From: Ostreococcus lucimarinus
Lineage: Eukaryota
Direction: 5' to 3' (one strand)
Assembly: GCA_000092065.1 (NCBI GenBank)
Contig: CP000586.1
DNA length: 64,000 nucleotides
Both the position numbers and the translations under genes were made by a program. The notes under the pieces were generated by a model. The model did not search any database and was not told the DNA's origin. It worked only from the letters and a program-made list of their open reading frames with translations. Of this stretch, positions 50,120-59,786 are shown piece by piece. How positions within the stretch are numbered: position 1 is the stretch's first letter; each line of letters opens with the position of its first letter.

Positions 50120-50487
50120 CGCGATCGGCGTCGTCTCCTTCACCACGCCCTCGTCGCCCGTCTGTCGCGCCGCCTGCGTCGTCGTGAAGCAAAAAGTTGG
50201 TCAGAACGGCGGCTCGTCGGGACGCGTCGCCGGGCGCTCGTCAGCGTCGTCGCGCGCGCGCGAGCCGGCGCACCTGAAGCATGCGGGCGATCTCCGCTAA
50301 ACCGCCCTGGTCTCGCAAGTTCTGCGCCATGGTCGAAGCGGACTGACGCGCGCGAAGTGCGGACGGCGGTTGGGGCGGGACGAGACGCGGAGCGGTTGAC
50401 GCGAAGCGGTAAAACGGTACATGTGCGTTGCATTTCATCGCGCGCGTCGCGCGTCGCTGGATTTTGAGAACAAAACAGAGGGCGTGA

Positions 50488-50988
50488 CTACTTTCGCACC
50501 AGCGCGGTCTCCTCCTTGACGACGAAGAAATCCGTCTTCGGAAGCGTCAACGCGCCGATGACGCCGTGCACTTGCAAGTTCAACTCGGTCCCATCCCGGT
50601 ACAACGAAAACGGAGCCTCGATGGACAGGTTATCCGCAATCGGTCGCGTCGGTCGCAGATCGATCGATCGTCCTTGCTGAATCGCCGCCGCCAACCCGAC
50701 CCCCTTCATCGCCGCGCTCTGGGGCATGGCGTCAAAATTAATATACGGCCTTCCGTCCCAACTCACTCCGACCCCGACGTTCACCTCCGTGCGCGCGATG
50801 CCCTCTAAAACGTCAAACTTTTTTTGCAACTCAACGCCCGTGACGTCGACCGCGATCTTCCCAGGCTCCCCGAGCTCGTGCTCGAGCTTGGCGAACACGT
50901 GCGCCTGCTTGGAAGTGTAATCCGCCATGGCGCCGACGGTGACGGACGTCTTATCGTCCACCTTTTCGTGTCCGCGCAGATTGAACGT
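50488..50988 (-). CDS. Hypothetical protein, exon 2 (TFNLRGHEKVDDKTSVTVGAMADYTSKQ...ALVRK)
   Basis: The track ORF 50488..50961 starts at GTG. The frame is open upstream to a TAG that immediately follows a GGTAG| acceptor-like site. It is non-repetitive with a beta-rich pattern. The family is unknown. Confidence 0.45.
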   Translation of the reverse strand, partial: TFNLRGHEKVDDKTSVTVGAMADYTSKQAHVFAKLEHELGEPGKIAVDVTGVELQKKFDVLEGIARTEVNVGVGVSWDGRPYINFDAMPQSAAMKGVGLAAAIQQGRSIDLRPTRPIADNLSIEAPFSLYRDGTELNLQVHGVIGALTLPKTDFFVVKEETALVRK

Positions 50989-51138
50989 CTACCATCACGC
51001 ATCGTTCGTTTCGTCAGTCCGTCGTTCGTTCGCGTCGCTCGTTCGTTCGCGTCTCGCGTCTCGCGTCTCGCGTCTCGCGTGGGAATTGAAGTTGAAATTC
51101 ATCGCGCGCGCGTCGCGTCGCGTCGCGTCGTCGCGCAC

Positions 51139-51324
51139 CTTTGAGACTTTCAGCCCCCACACCGGAACATCGTGTAAACTCACGCGCGGCACCTTTATCG
51201 TGCGCCACCACGGCGCGTCGCCGCTCTGCGCCGCGCCCGCGCTCGTCGCGGCGTCATCGCCGTTGGCGTTCGATCTCGCGGCGGACGGTTTCGTCGCGCT
51301 GTTCGGAGACGCGATGTCGCTCAT
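51139..51324 (-). CDS. Hypothetical protein, putative exon 1 (MSDIASPNSA...VPVWGLKVSK)
   Basis: ORF with an ATG start (track 50995..51324) whose codon 62 is followed by GTGCGCGACGACG, the same donor form seen in the other introns. Joining it to 50988 is in phase 0. The 150-bp intervening sequence contains (CGCGTCT)4 and GGACTGAC 24 nt before the acceptor. The join is inferred, not proven. Confidence 0.35.
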
Positions 51325-51658
51325 CGCGCGTTCGGTCGAGTTCGAGCGATGCGAACGCGCGTGCGGTGGGAGAGTCGCGAGCGAGACGCGTGCGCGTCGC
51401 GCGTCGAGGTGTGCGGACGGCGGGACGCGAGGATTCGCGCTAGACGAGACGACTCGAGAGCGCGCGAGCGCGGCTCGAAGAGGCGCACGCGCGAACGAGT
51501 GAATAAAGAACTAATTCGTTCTCGAATTACAATGCGAAAGCTCACTAAGTGCTGCTGACGCACCATCAAACGACGCCTTCACCACCTCAAAGTCGCGAGC
51601 GCGCGCTGACCAGCGCGCGCGCCGACAAAACACCCCCAGATTCCGACGGAAAAAACGT

Positions 51659-52459
51659 TTAAATCTTAACCGTGGCGCGCTGGGCGAGCTCGCGCGCGAT
51701 GATACGCTCGCGAGCGGCGGTCTTCGCTTGCGACTTCACACCCATGATACCACCACCCCACGTTCTGGACGTCTTTTGGAAGACATCGTTGTAGGAAGCC
51801 TTGATGGCTTCGACGAGCTTGGAGAACTCGAGCTTGTCTTCATTCTTGATCGCGGTGAGCGCCAAGGCGGTGGCGGTCTTCTTGTGAACGACCGCACCGA
51901 GACGAGCCTTACCCTTGACGATGCAGTACGGCACGTTCATTTGCTTGCACAAAGCCGGCAACCACACGACGAGTTCGACCGGGTCGACGTCGTGCGCGAT
52001 GACGACGAGTTGCGCCTTGCCTTGCTCGATGAGGTAGGTGATGTGGTTGATACCAAACTTCACCACGACCGGCTTCTTACTCTCAACATCGGCACCCGCG
52101 GCCTCGGCTTGCGCCATACCCGCGAGGCGTTCCTTCTTTTGCGCCGCGTCCTCCGGTCGGTACTTCATGAGCAGCTTGAACAAATTCGTCGCCAAGTTTT
52201 TATCCAACGTATTGTTGAACTGGTTCACAGCCGGCGGCACCTTCAATCGCTTTTGCAGCACCCGTCGCTGACGTTGAATGCGCACATACTTCGGCCACTT
52301 CACGTAACGGTTCAGCGGCGTCTTCACCGGCAGCGAGTTCCCGATGCCGAAATTCTTCGGCCGGCGCTCGAACAACGGGTTCGTCGGGCCCTTCGGTTCC
52401 TTCTTCGGTTGCTTCGCCTTGATCGCGGCCGGCGCGGGCGCGGGCTTCTTGCTCGGAGC
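51659..52459 (-). CDS. RPL7A: 60S ribosomal protein L7a (eL8), exon 2 ([10 protein letters not shown]...)
   Basis: Near-identity to plant RPL7a ([80 protein letters not shown]). The frame extends 28 codons upstream of the track's TTG start to a TTTCGCAG| acceptor. There is no in-frame ATG before an upstream TGA, so the initiator must be on a separate exon. Confidence 0.92.
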   Translation of the reverse strand, partial: APSKKPAPAPAAIKAKQPKKEPKGPTNPLFERRPKNFGIGNSLPVKTPLNRYVKWPKYVRIQRQRRVLQKRLKVPPAVNQFNNTLDKNLATNLFKLLMKYRPEDAAQKKERLAGMAQAEAAGADVESKKPVVVKFGINHITYLIEQGKAQLVVIAHDVDPVELVVWLPALCKQMNVPYCIVKGKARLGAVVHKKTATALALTAIKNEDKLEFSKLVEAIKASYNDVFQKTSRTWGGGIMGVKSQAKTAARERIIARELAQRATVKI

Positions 52460-52884
52460 CTGCGAAAACAGAAAAAGTGTGCGCGCGCGTCAGTCCACCG
52501 TTCGCGCGATGCGTCGCCCGCGTCGCCGCGTCCACTCGCGTCCACCCCCGCCGCGTTCGCGCCTAGGGCTTTCCCGATCCCCCGCCCCCCCGCGTCCGTC
52601 CTCCCGTCGCCCGCGATCGACCGCGCGCCCGCCGCGTCGCGCCGCGCGATCGATCGCGTCGATTTCATCCATCCGCCCGCGCGCCGCGCGCGCGCGCCCG
52701 ACCGCGACGCCGTTCGCCCGCGCGATCGCCCGCGCGTCCGTCGCGCCCGCGACCCTACCCGCGGCGTCCCATCGTCGCGCCGTCGTCGTCGCGCGCGCGC
52801 CGTCGCGCCGCGCGCGCGCCGTCGTTCGCGTCGCCGCCATCGTCGCCATCGTTCGCGTCGTCGCGTCGCGTCGTTCGCGCGCAC

Positions 52885-52887
52885 CAT
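52885..52887 (-). CDS. RPL7A: RPL7A exon 1: initiator ATG only, immediately followed by a GT donor
   Basis: The minus strand reads GACGACATG|GTGCGCGCGAACGACG, the same GTGCG donor form as the other introns. Joining it to 52459 gives MAPSKKPAP..., exactly the expected eL8 N-terminus. The implied intron, 52460..52884 (425 bp), has GGACTGAC 29 nt before the CAG. Confidence 0.5.
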
Positions 52888-52981
52888 GTCGTCGCGCGTC
52901 CGTGAGAGACGGCGCGCGCGCGTCGACGCGCGCGCGCGTCGCGGCGCCGAAACGCGGCGTCGATGATCCGTGTTGTGCGCG

Positions 52982-53189
52982 ATGCTCGAGTCTCGCATTC
53001 GCCGACCGATGCGTCGCCACTCGGCGTCGCGCGACCGACGCGCGATGCGCGACGACGACGCCGCGACGCGCGACGACGACGCCGACGCGTCGCGCGACGC
53101 GCGCGCGACGTCGACGGCGCGCGACGTCGACGGCGACGCGACGCGACGCGACGCGGAGGATGGAGGCGCGCGAACGCGCGACGACGACG

Positions 53190-53225
<36 letters not shown>

Positions 53226-55102
53226 CGATCGGCGGGAAGCGGAAGAAACCGTCGGTGGGGTACAGGGACATGGCGCGCGGGCACGCGCGGGCGGAGCGCG
53301 GGAAGAAGGCGAGGGACGGCGACGGCGACGGCGAGGCGAGCGGCGAGGCGAACGCGCGAGCGCGGGAGACGAATTGGATCGCGAGCGCGCGAGCGAGGCG
53401 GGGAGAGACGATCCTGACGAAGACGCAGGTGGCGAAGTTGGCGGGGAAGCTGCCGTACGGGTTGGAGTTCTTGGGCGTGGATGGACCGATCGGGCACGTG
53501 TCGCGGGAGGGCGCGCTGTACGGGACGAGCGAGGAGGAGGCGCGGCGGTGGTCGGCGCGCGCGGCGGTCGCGTTGGGGCCGACTGGGGATGATTTTTTAC
53601 CGGACTTTGGGTTGGGTGTGGTTGGCGTCGGGCCCTCGACGTCGAAGCGCGGGATGACGAAGAAGGGCAAGGCGAATGGGGTGGGGATGGCGGCGCGCGC
53701 GCACGCGGCGCTCGCGGCGGATCCGTTTGCGGCGCTCGTCGTCGACGTCGAGGATCCGGTGCGTCCTCCCTCGCGCGGGATCGGTGGGATCGGTGTTGGC
53801 GGCGGTACGACGTCGCAGAGTAAGCGCGCGAGGGCGGAGGATCGCTCGAAGCGCGTCGCGCTGCGAAAGCGTCTGATAGAGCTCGAGAACTTGGTGAATA
53901 ATCTCGGCAAACGCGCGACGGATTTGGTCGAGCGGCGAGACGAGTTGAGCCTCATCGCCCAAACCGCCAACGCCAGCGTGAACGAGATCGACGCGAAGCG
54001 AAAGGTGTCATCGGTCTCTCGAGGGGTCTCGGCGATTCGGCAGAAGTTAGCGTGCAAACCGGACCAACAGCACGGGTTCAACACGCTTCGATACCGATGC
54101 TTATTGGAAATCGTGCACAAGCAGTGCTTGTCCGCGGTGCGGCAATTGATGGCCCACAAGTGGGGGTTTCCGTTCTCCGCGCCCGTGGACCCGGATGCGT
54201 TAGGTTTACCGACGTACAGGGAAATCATCACCGAGCCCATGGACTTGGGGACGATCAAAAAGCTCATAGAGAACGGCGGCAAGTACGTCATGGCGGAGGA
54301 GGTTGACGCCGACGTGCGTCTGACGTTTGCGAACGCGATGAAGTTCAACAATGAAGGCACAGACGTCCACACCATGGCTTGCGGGCTCTTGGACGAGTGG
54401 GAACCGAAGTGGGAGGCGATTAAGCAACGAATCGCCGACGTCGAAGCGTGCGTTTTAGTCGAGCGAGACATGGCGGTGGCGAAGAATGAAGCCGCGCAGC
54501 GACGCGCCGACGTGGTGAGCAAGGAGAAGGAGTGCGCCAAGGCCTCTGAAGCGCTCGATCTCGTAAGTATGCAGCTTCGAGAAGTCGAAACGCAGGTATT
54601 GGCGCTCATGCGCCCGTTGCAGCGCGAAGATCGTCTCGATTTGGCTTCCGATTTGCGATGTTTGCCGGAGAGCTTGCGCTCTGGCGCCAAGGACATCATC
54701 GCCGCAAACACCACCGGATGGAGCGCGCAGGCGCACTTAGAAGACATCGACGCCCACAACGAAATCACGTTACATCTCTTGGCCCGATACACGAAGACGA
54801 TGAATAGAAATAGACTAGCTGTGGTCGCAGGATGGTGCGGTAACGCCACGCCCGAGCACTTGCTCGAAAAGTTAAAGCAGGAACAAGACGTCTCCGCGGA
54901 CACCGTCAACTTCGTCATCGGCCAACCTTTAGACGACGCGACGAGTGGTTTAGGCATACGGTCCATCGATCACATGCAGGATGAGTTCGATTTCGATCCA
55001 TCCGCGTTCAACGACCTCCTCAACGGCGTGCCTCTCGACGTCGACGGAGACGCAATCGACATCGACATCGGCGCCGGCGACCACATGGACTTGGATCTGT
55101 AG
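52982..55102 (+). CDS. Bromodomain protein (BET/GTE-like), with a low-complexity N-terminal third
   Basis: Bromodomain (WGFPFSAPVDPDALGLPTYREIITEPMDLGTIKKLIENGGKYVMAEEVDADVRLTFANAMKFN) followed by a coiled/ET-like region. The N-terminus is uncertain. The track start at 52970 is GTG and the first ATG is at 52982, but the true start may lie further downstream. Confidence 0.75.
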
Positions 55103-55329
55103 CACCGTGATCGGACGACGATATCGATAATGTAATATGACCGCGTGATGAATGATGAACGCGCGGCGCACCGACGGCCGCGTGCCGCATTCTTCGCCGC
55201 GCGCGAGGCTTCCTCGCGCTCGGCGATTCGCCAAATCCGCACTCCCGCGCTCGAACCAACCTCTCGCGTCAACGCCCGTCGCGCTCGATTCATCATCGCT
55301 CGACCGACGCGCGTGCATCGGTCGTCGTC

Positions 55330-57255
55330 ATGGTGCTCTCGCTCCGGCCGCGGCAGCGCCACGCGGTGATAGAGCTGCTCAACTTGACGAAGAATTCAAA
55401 CAAATCATCGATCGCGGCTTCGTTCGGCGCCAACGCCGACGCGGACGCGGACGAAGCGAACAACTACAAGCTTCTGATCCTAGACGCGTTTACGCACGAC
55501 GTCATCGCGCCTCTGGTGACGGTGAAGGACCTGCGCGATCACGGGGTGACGCTGCACCTGCGGCTGCGACAGGAGCGCGAGCAGATACCAGACGTGCCGG
55601 CGGTGTACTTTGTCTCGCCCACGCCCGAGAACGTCAAGGCGATCTCGGGTGATTTTGCAAACTCTCTGTACGATGCGTATCACCTGAACTTCGCGAGCGC
55701 GCTGCCGGCGAGCGCGTTGGAGGAATTGGCGACGAGCGCGGTGCGCGGCGGCGTGGACGGACGAGTCAAGTGCGTGCGAGATCAGTACTTGGGGTATGTG
55801 TCGTTGGAGGATGACTTGTTTGACCTCGCGATTGATGATGGATATCGGTTGTTGCACGATCCGCGCGTGGCGGAGAAGGATGTAGAGCGATTGATCGCGA
55901 ACGTGACGACGGGCTTGTTTAGCGCGTGCGTCACGCTCGGGCAAGTGCCGGTGATTCGATCGCAGCGCGGTGGCGCTGCTGAGATGGTGGCGAAAGAGTT
56001 GGAATCGCGAATTAGAGATGCTTTGGCGCAGAGAGACAATCCCTTCGAGGGCGGACTTCGCGCGCAGTACGGCGGGAGCTCGGTGCAGCGACCGTTGTTG
56101 TGCCTGTTTGATCGAAATTTTGACTTGACGGCAATGTTGCAGCACGCTTGGACGTATCAGCCCCTCGTGCACGACGTTTTGCGAATGCGCTTGAACCGCG
56201 TGGACGTCGATGCCGACGCCCCGACCGGGGTCACCACCGGTGCCAAGCCTAAAAGTTACACGTTGGAGCACAGCGATCCGTTTTGGGCGGAAAACGCTAG
56301 CGCGCAGTTTCCGAAGGTTGCCGAGGAAGTCGAGGCAGAGCTGGCGAAGTATAAAGAGGCGATCAAGCGTGTGAATGCACAAGCTGCGATGGCCGACGGC
56401 GACGCTGATGCACTGGGGAATAGCACGGCGAAGCTCGCGGACGCGGTGCAGTCGCTCCCCGAGCTTCAAGAGAAGAAGCGCGTCATCGACAAGCACACCA
56501 ACATCGCCACCGCCTTGCTTGGAAGCATCAAGCAACGTGGATTAGATGAGTATTACGCCATAGAAGAAGATTTGCTCGTCGGTAAAGGTGATAGGCCGTC
56601 GGTGATGAGTCTATTGCAAGCTACAGGTCGCGGAAGCGCCGAGGACAAGGTTAGACTCGCAATCGTGTACACGCTTTCGGCGACGGAAGGCATCTTGCCG
56701 CAAGACGCCGAGGAAATTGAAGGCGCGCTACGCGCGAGCGGAGCCAATACATCGGCGTTAGCGTACGTCAAGCGCATGATGAGCTTGAATGCAAGTCTGA
56801 AGAATATGTCTGGCGGCGGCGACGCCGGTCATCGACGCTCCAACTCGAGCCAAGGCAACATCTTAGAGTGGGCCGATAAGCTTTACGGTCAAAGTATCAA
56901 CACCATCACCAAGGGTGTGAAGAACTTGCTCAGCGGCGAGCGCGTGCTCCCCATCGCTGTCGCTTTTGACGCGCTCATGGCGAACCAGCCCGGTCCGGAG
57001 ACGGCGGATTACGCGTACCTCGACCCCAAAGCCCCGCACGGCAAACCCGTCGGGCCTCGCGAGGGCGATCCCGCGTTTCACGATGGCATCGTTTTCGTCA
57101 TCGGTGGCGGTAACTACCTCGAGTACCGATCCCTCGTCGAGCTCAAGTCGCGCGAGCGCGCCAACGTGCGTTCCGTCGTCTACGGCTCCACTTCGCTGTG
57201 TCACAGCGAAACCTTTCTCAGCACCTTAGCCAGCCTAGGCGCCGCCGCGTCGTGA
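55330..57255 (+). CDS. SLY1: SLY1 / SCFD1 Sec1-Munc18 family protein (ER-Golgi SNARE regulator)
   Basis: The N-terminal block NYKLLILDAFTHDVIAPLVTVKDLRDHGVTLHLRLRQEREQIPDVPAVYFVSPTPENV closely matches SLY1. It is a full-length SM protein ending in an IVFVIGGGNY...E.-type C-terminus. The start is an ATG. Confidence 0.9.
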   Translation: MVLSLRPRQRHAVIELLNLTKNSNKSSIAASFGANADADADEANNYKLLILDAFTHDVIAPLVTVKDLRDHGVTLHLRLRQEREQIPDVPAVYFVSPTPENVKAISGDFANSLYDAYHLNFASALPASALEELATSAVRGGVDGRVKCVRDQYLGYVSLEDDLFDLAIDDGYRLLHDPRVAEKDVERLIANVTTGLFSACVTLGQVPVIRSQRGGAAEMVAKELESRIRDALAQRDNPFEGGLRAQYGGSSVQRPLLCLFDRNFDLTAMLQHAWTYQPLVHDVLRMRLNRVDVDADAPTGVTTGAKPKSYTLEHSDPFWAENASAQFPKVAEEVEAELAKYKEAIKRVNAQAAMADGDADALGNSTAKLADAVQSLPELQEKKRVIDKHTNIATALLGSIKQRGLDEYYAIEEDLLVGKGDRPSVMSLLQATGRGSAEDKVRLAIVYTLSATEGILPQDAEEIEGALRASGANTSALAYVKRMMSLNASLKNMSGGGDAGHRRSNSSQGNILEWADKLYGQSINTITKGVKNLLSGERVLPIAVAFDALMANQPGPETADYAYLDPKAPHGKPVGPREGDPAFHDGIVFVIGGGNYLEYRSLVELKSRERANVRSVVYGSTSLCHSETFLSTLASLGAAAS

Positions 57256-57561
57256 TCGTCACGGCGCGTGCATTGTATCTCATTCACCACCGTCTTAGCG
57301 TCGAATTCGCCTCCGCACGCCCGATCGCCTCGCGTCGCGTCGCGCGAGACGACTCCGCCTCGTCGAGGCGACTGCACCACACAGAAACGCGTCGCCCGCG
57401 TCACTTGCGCGCGCGCGATGCGAGGCAAACTCGAAGTCAATGGTGCGCGCGCGAGCGCGAGAAATAGCGAAACGCGCGACGCTCGCGACGCTCGCGAAAC
57501 GCGCGCGCGACGAACGAACGCGCGACGGTGACTGACAAGATGAGTTGATTAATGTCTCCGC

Positions 57562-58401
57562 GTGGCAGTTTTAAGCGCGATCCGACTGCGAGACACGCAA
57601 ACGTTCGGGAAACAAGACCCGTACGTCGTGCTGAAATGCGGCGGTCACGCGGATACGTTCCGAACCAAGGTGTGCCGAGACGGAGGCACGGCGCCGAAGT
57701 GGAACGAACGATTCACGTTCGCGCTCGCGGGCACGGAGGGGAATGAGCTGAACTTGAGAATTTGGAATAGGAACACGATGACGAGCGATAAGTGCATCGG
57801 AAGCGCGACGGTGAAGCTAGATGCGGTGTTTAAGAATGAGACCGATGATGTGGATGTAGAGGTGTTTGATACGAAGGGAAGAGCGGCGGGAGTGATTAAC
57901 TTGGTGCTGACGTTTACGCCGAGCGGTTCGTACGTGGTGCAGCAGCAGCAGCAGCAGCCGGCGTACGTGGTACAGCAGCAGCAGCAGCAGCCGGCGTACG
58001 TGGTGCAGCAGCAACAGCAGCAGCCGGCGTACTTGGTGCAGCAGCAGCAGCAGCAGCCGCACGTGGTGCAGCAGCAGCAGAAACCGCGTGGGCTCGTGAG
58101 GCGTCTGACAGGCAGAGGCCAGTACACGCTTGGCGATATTTACGACATAGGGGCCCAACCGCGGCCGGCACAGCCTCAGCAAGCCACGCCGAACGTGACG
58201 TACGTGCAGCTTCCTGCCTATGCGGCGCAACATGCGCCAGAGGCGCCGCCGGGCTACACGCCCACGCCGATCGGCGTCGTTCACGGAGGATACGCTGGCG
58301 GCGGCAACCACATGATGCCGCCGCCGCCAGGTTGGAATAACGCCCCGCAATCAGGCGGGCACGCGCAGTACGGCAACGACGACGACGAATGGGGAGTATG
58401 A
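57562..58401 (+). CDS. Single C2-domain protein (plant SRC2/ERG-like) with a Q-rich 11-aa tandem repeat and a Pro-rich tail
   Basis: C2 fold (FGKQDPYVVLKCGG...APKWNERFTF...LNLRIWNRN...GSATVKLDAVF...GVINLVLTF), then 4x YVVQQQQQQPA. The ORF begins with GTG. The only nearby ATG (57552) is in the +1 frame and is followed by a stop in the C2 frame, so the true N-terminus is unresolved. Confidence 0.7.
   Translation: MAVLSAIRLRDTQTFGKQDPYVVLKCGGHADTFRTKVCRDGGTAPKWNERFTFALAGTEGNELNLRIWNRNTMTSDKCIGSATVKLDAVFKNETDDVDVEVFDTKGRAAGVINLVLTFTPSGSYVVQQQQQQPAYVVQQQQQQPAYVVQQQQQQPAYLVQQQQQQPHVVQQQQKPRGLVRRLTGRGQYTLGDIYDIGAQPRPAQPQQATPNVTYVQLPAYAAQHAPEAPPGYTPTPIGVVHGGYAGGGNHMMPPPPGWNNAPQSGGHAQYGNDDDEWGV
57934..58080 (+). 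repeat. 33-bp coding tandem repeat (about 4.4 copies) encoding (P)AYVVQQQQQQ
   Basis: TACGTGGTGCAGCAGCAGCAGCAGCAGCCGGCG repeated head-to-tail with one or two substitutions per copy, inside the C2-domain gene. Confidence 0.85.
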
Positions 58402-58565
58402 GCATGAAGATGATCGATAAGAATGTCGACGTGTAATCTCAAGTCTAGAAATTTCGCATGGTAGCGGCGCATTCCGGATGGATAGTGGTTGTCATTAAAT
58501 CAGCGGTACTCGCGCGGGGCGGGTTAAAAATCGTGTCGAGTCGATGGAAATCGCGCGTGATCGAA

Positions 58566-59633
58566 TCACACCGGGCGGCCGAACAATTTCTTGATGCCGA
58601 CGTCCGGGGTGTCCTGCTTGACGAGGGACTCGCCGACCAAGACCGCGCCGACGCCGGAATCTTGCAACAAGTTGACGTCGTCGATGGTGAAGATTCCAGA
58701 CTCGCCAACCATGGTGATGCCGCGTCTCTTAACCTCCTCGCCGAGCGGCCCGTTCATGAGATCGGTGGTGACGCTCAAGCTGACCTCAAACGTTCCCAAA
58801 TCCCGGTTGTTGATGCCGAGCAAATCGATGGGAAAGTCTCCGTCCAACACGCGCTTCATCTCCCCGTACGTGTGCACCTCGATCAAGCACTTCATGCCCA
58901 GCGAGTGCGCAATCTTAATGAAGTACTTCAAATCTTGGTTGGGCAAAACCGCGGCGATCAACAAAATCGCGTCGGCGCCGTACTTGCGCGCGAGATAAAT
59001 TTGATACGCGTCCACGATGAACTCCTTGCAGAGCAACGGGCACGTCACCCCAGCCTCGCGAATGAGCGCCAAGTTTTCAAATCCACCCTGAAAGAACTTT
59101 TCATCCGTCAACACGCTCAAACACGCCGCCCCACCCTCCTCGTACGCCTTCGCGATTTTCACCGGATCAAAATTCGGCTGAATCACCCCCTTCGACGGCG
59201 ACGCCTTCTTCACCTCCGCGATCAGTCCCGGCTGTTTCGTCGCCGCCAACTGATCCGTGATCGCCTTCACAAAATCCCTCGTCGGCGGCGCGTTCACCAG
59301 CGCCGTTCGCACCAACTGCAACGGGAATTTCTCCTTGCGTTCCGCGAGTTCCACGTCTTTATACCACACGATCTCCTCCAAGATGTTCTTCGGCTTGTTG
59401 TTCTCGTTCGTCACCCGCTCGCCCGTCGGCGCGACTTCCTCGATCACGAACTCAAACTGTCCGACGCCCAGGTCGTGCTTGGACGGTCCGTTCGGCGGTC
59501 GTCGTCGGATGCTCACCGCGCCGTCGTCCACGCCCGAGGGCGCGCTCGCGCGCGGGCGCGTCGCGCGTCGCGCGCGTCGCGCGTCCCGTCGCGCGCCCGT
59601 CGCGAGCGTCGCGCGTCCCGTCGCGGCGGACAT
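58566..59633 (-). CDS. IGPS: Indole-3-glycerol phosphate synthase (TrpC/IGPS) with an N-terminal transit peptide
   Basis: IGPS motifs (ILEEIVWYKDVEL, GLIAEVKKASPSKGVI, AACLSVLTDEKFFQG, CPLLCKEFIVDAYQIY, IEVHT, LLGINNRDL). The start is an ATG, and there is an Arg/Ala-rich leader of about 60 aa. Confidence 0.88.
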   Translation of the reverse strand: MSAATGRATLATGARRDARRARRATRPRASAPSGVDDGAVSIRRRPPNGPSKHDLGVGQFEFVIEEVAPTGERVTNENNKPKNILEEIVWYKDVELAERKEKFPLQLVRTALVNAPPTRDFVKAITDQLAATKQPGLIAEVKKASPSKGVIQPNFDPVKIAKAYEEGGAACLSVLTDEKFFQGGFENLALIREAGVTCPLLCKEFIVDAYQIYLARKYGADAILLIAAVLPNQDLKYFIKIAHSLGMKCLIEVHTYGEMKRVLDGDFPIDLLGINNRDLGTFEVSLSVTTDLMNGPLGEEVKRRGITMVGESGIFTIDDVNLLQDSGVGAVLVGESLVKQDTPDVGIKKLFGRPV

Positions 59634-59786
59634 CGAGCGCGTCGCCGGTCGTTCGCGCGCGCGTGTGACGCCGCCGGCGCGTCGTTCGCGCGCCCGGATA
59701 ACCTCGTCGAGTCATGACTCGTCGAGAGTCCCTCCCGGGCCGCGCGTCCCTCGCGCGCGCCGCATCGCGCGACGCCGACGCGAGGC

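Noticed and set aside
52460-52884. Possible box C/D snoRNA in the RPL7A first intron (GGATGAAATC ... CTGA)
   Set aside because: The C-box-like element is GGATGA, not RUGAUGA. The candidate D box is about 195 nt away, which is too far. I see no terminal stem or guide-like complementarity that I can verify by eye.
52324-54966. 880-aa minus-strand ORF (the longest antisense ORF in the window), plus similar long ORFs at 19020..19949(-), 41231..42580(-), 23087..24187(-), 12431..13111(-), 39071..40735(+), 30510..31697(+), 60819..62696(+) and 1965..2732(+)
   Set aside because: All are Arg/Ala/Gly/Pro-rich low-complexity translations lying antisense to, or out of frame with, genes that have strong conserved homology. 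In about 68% GC DNA, stop codons (TAA/TAG/TGA) are rare in the GC-rich frames, so such ORFs arise by chance. None shows a recognisable domain.
57552-57746. 64-aa ORF MSPRGSFKRDPTARHANVRETRPV... starting at the only ATG upstream of the C2 gene
   Set aside because: It is the +1 frame of the clearly conserved C2 domain and is Arg-rich nonsense. It more likely marks an indel or an unusual start for the C2 gene than a separate peptide.
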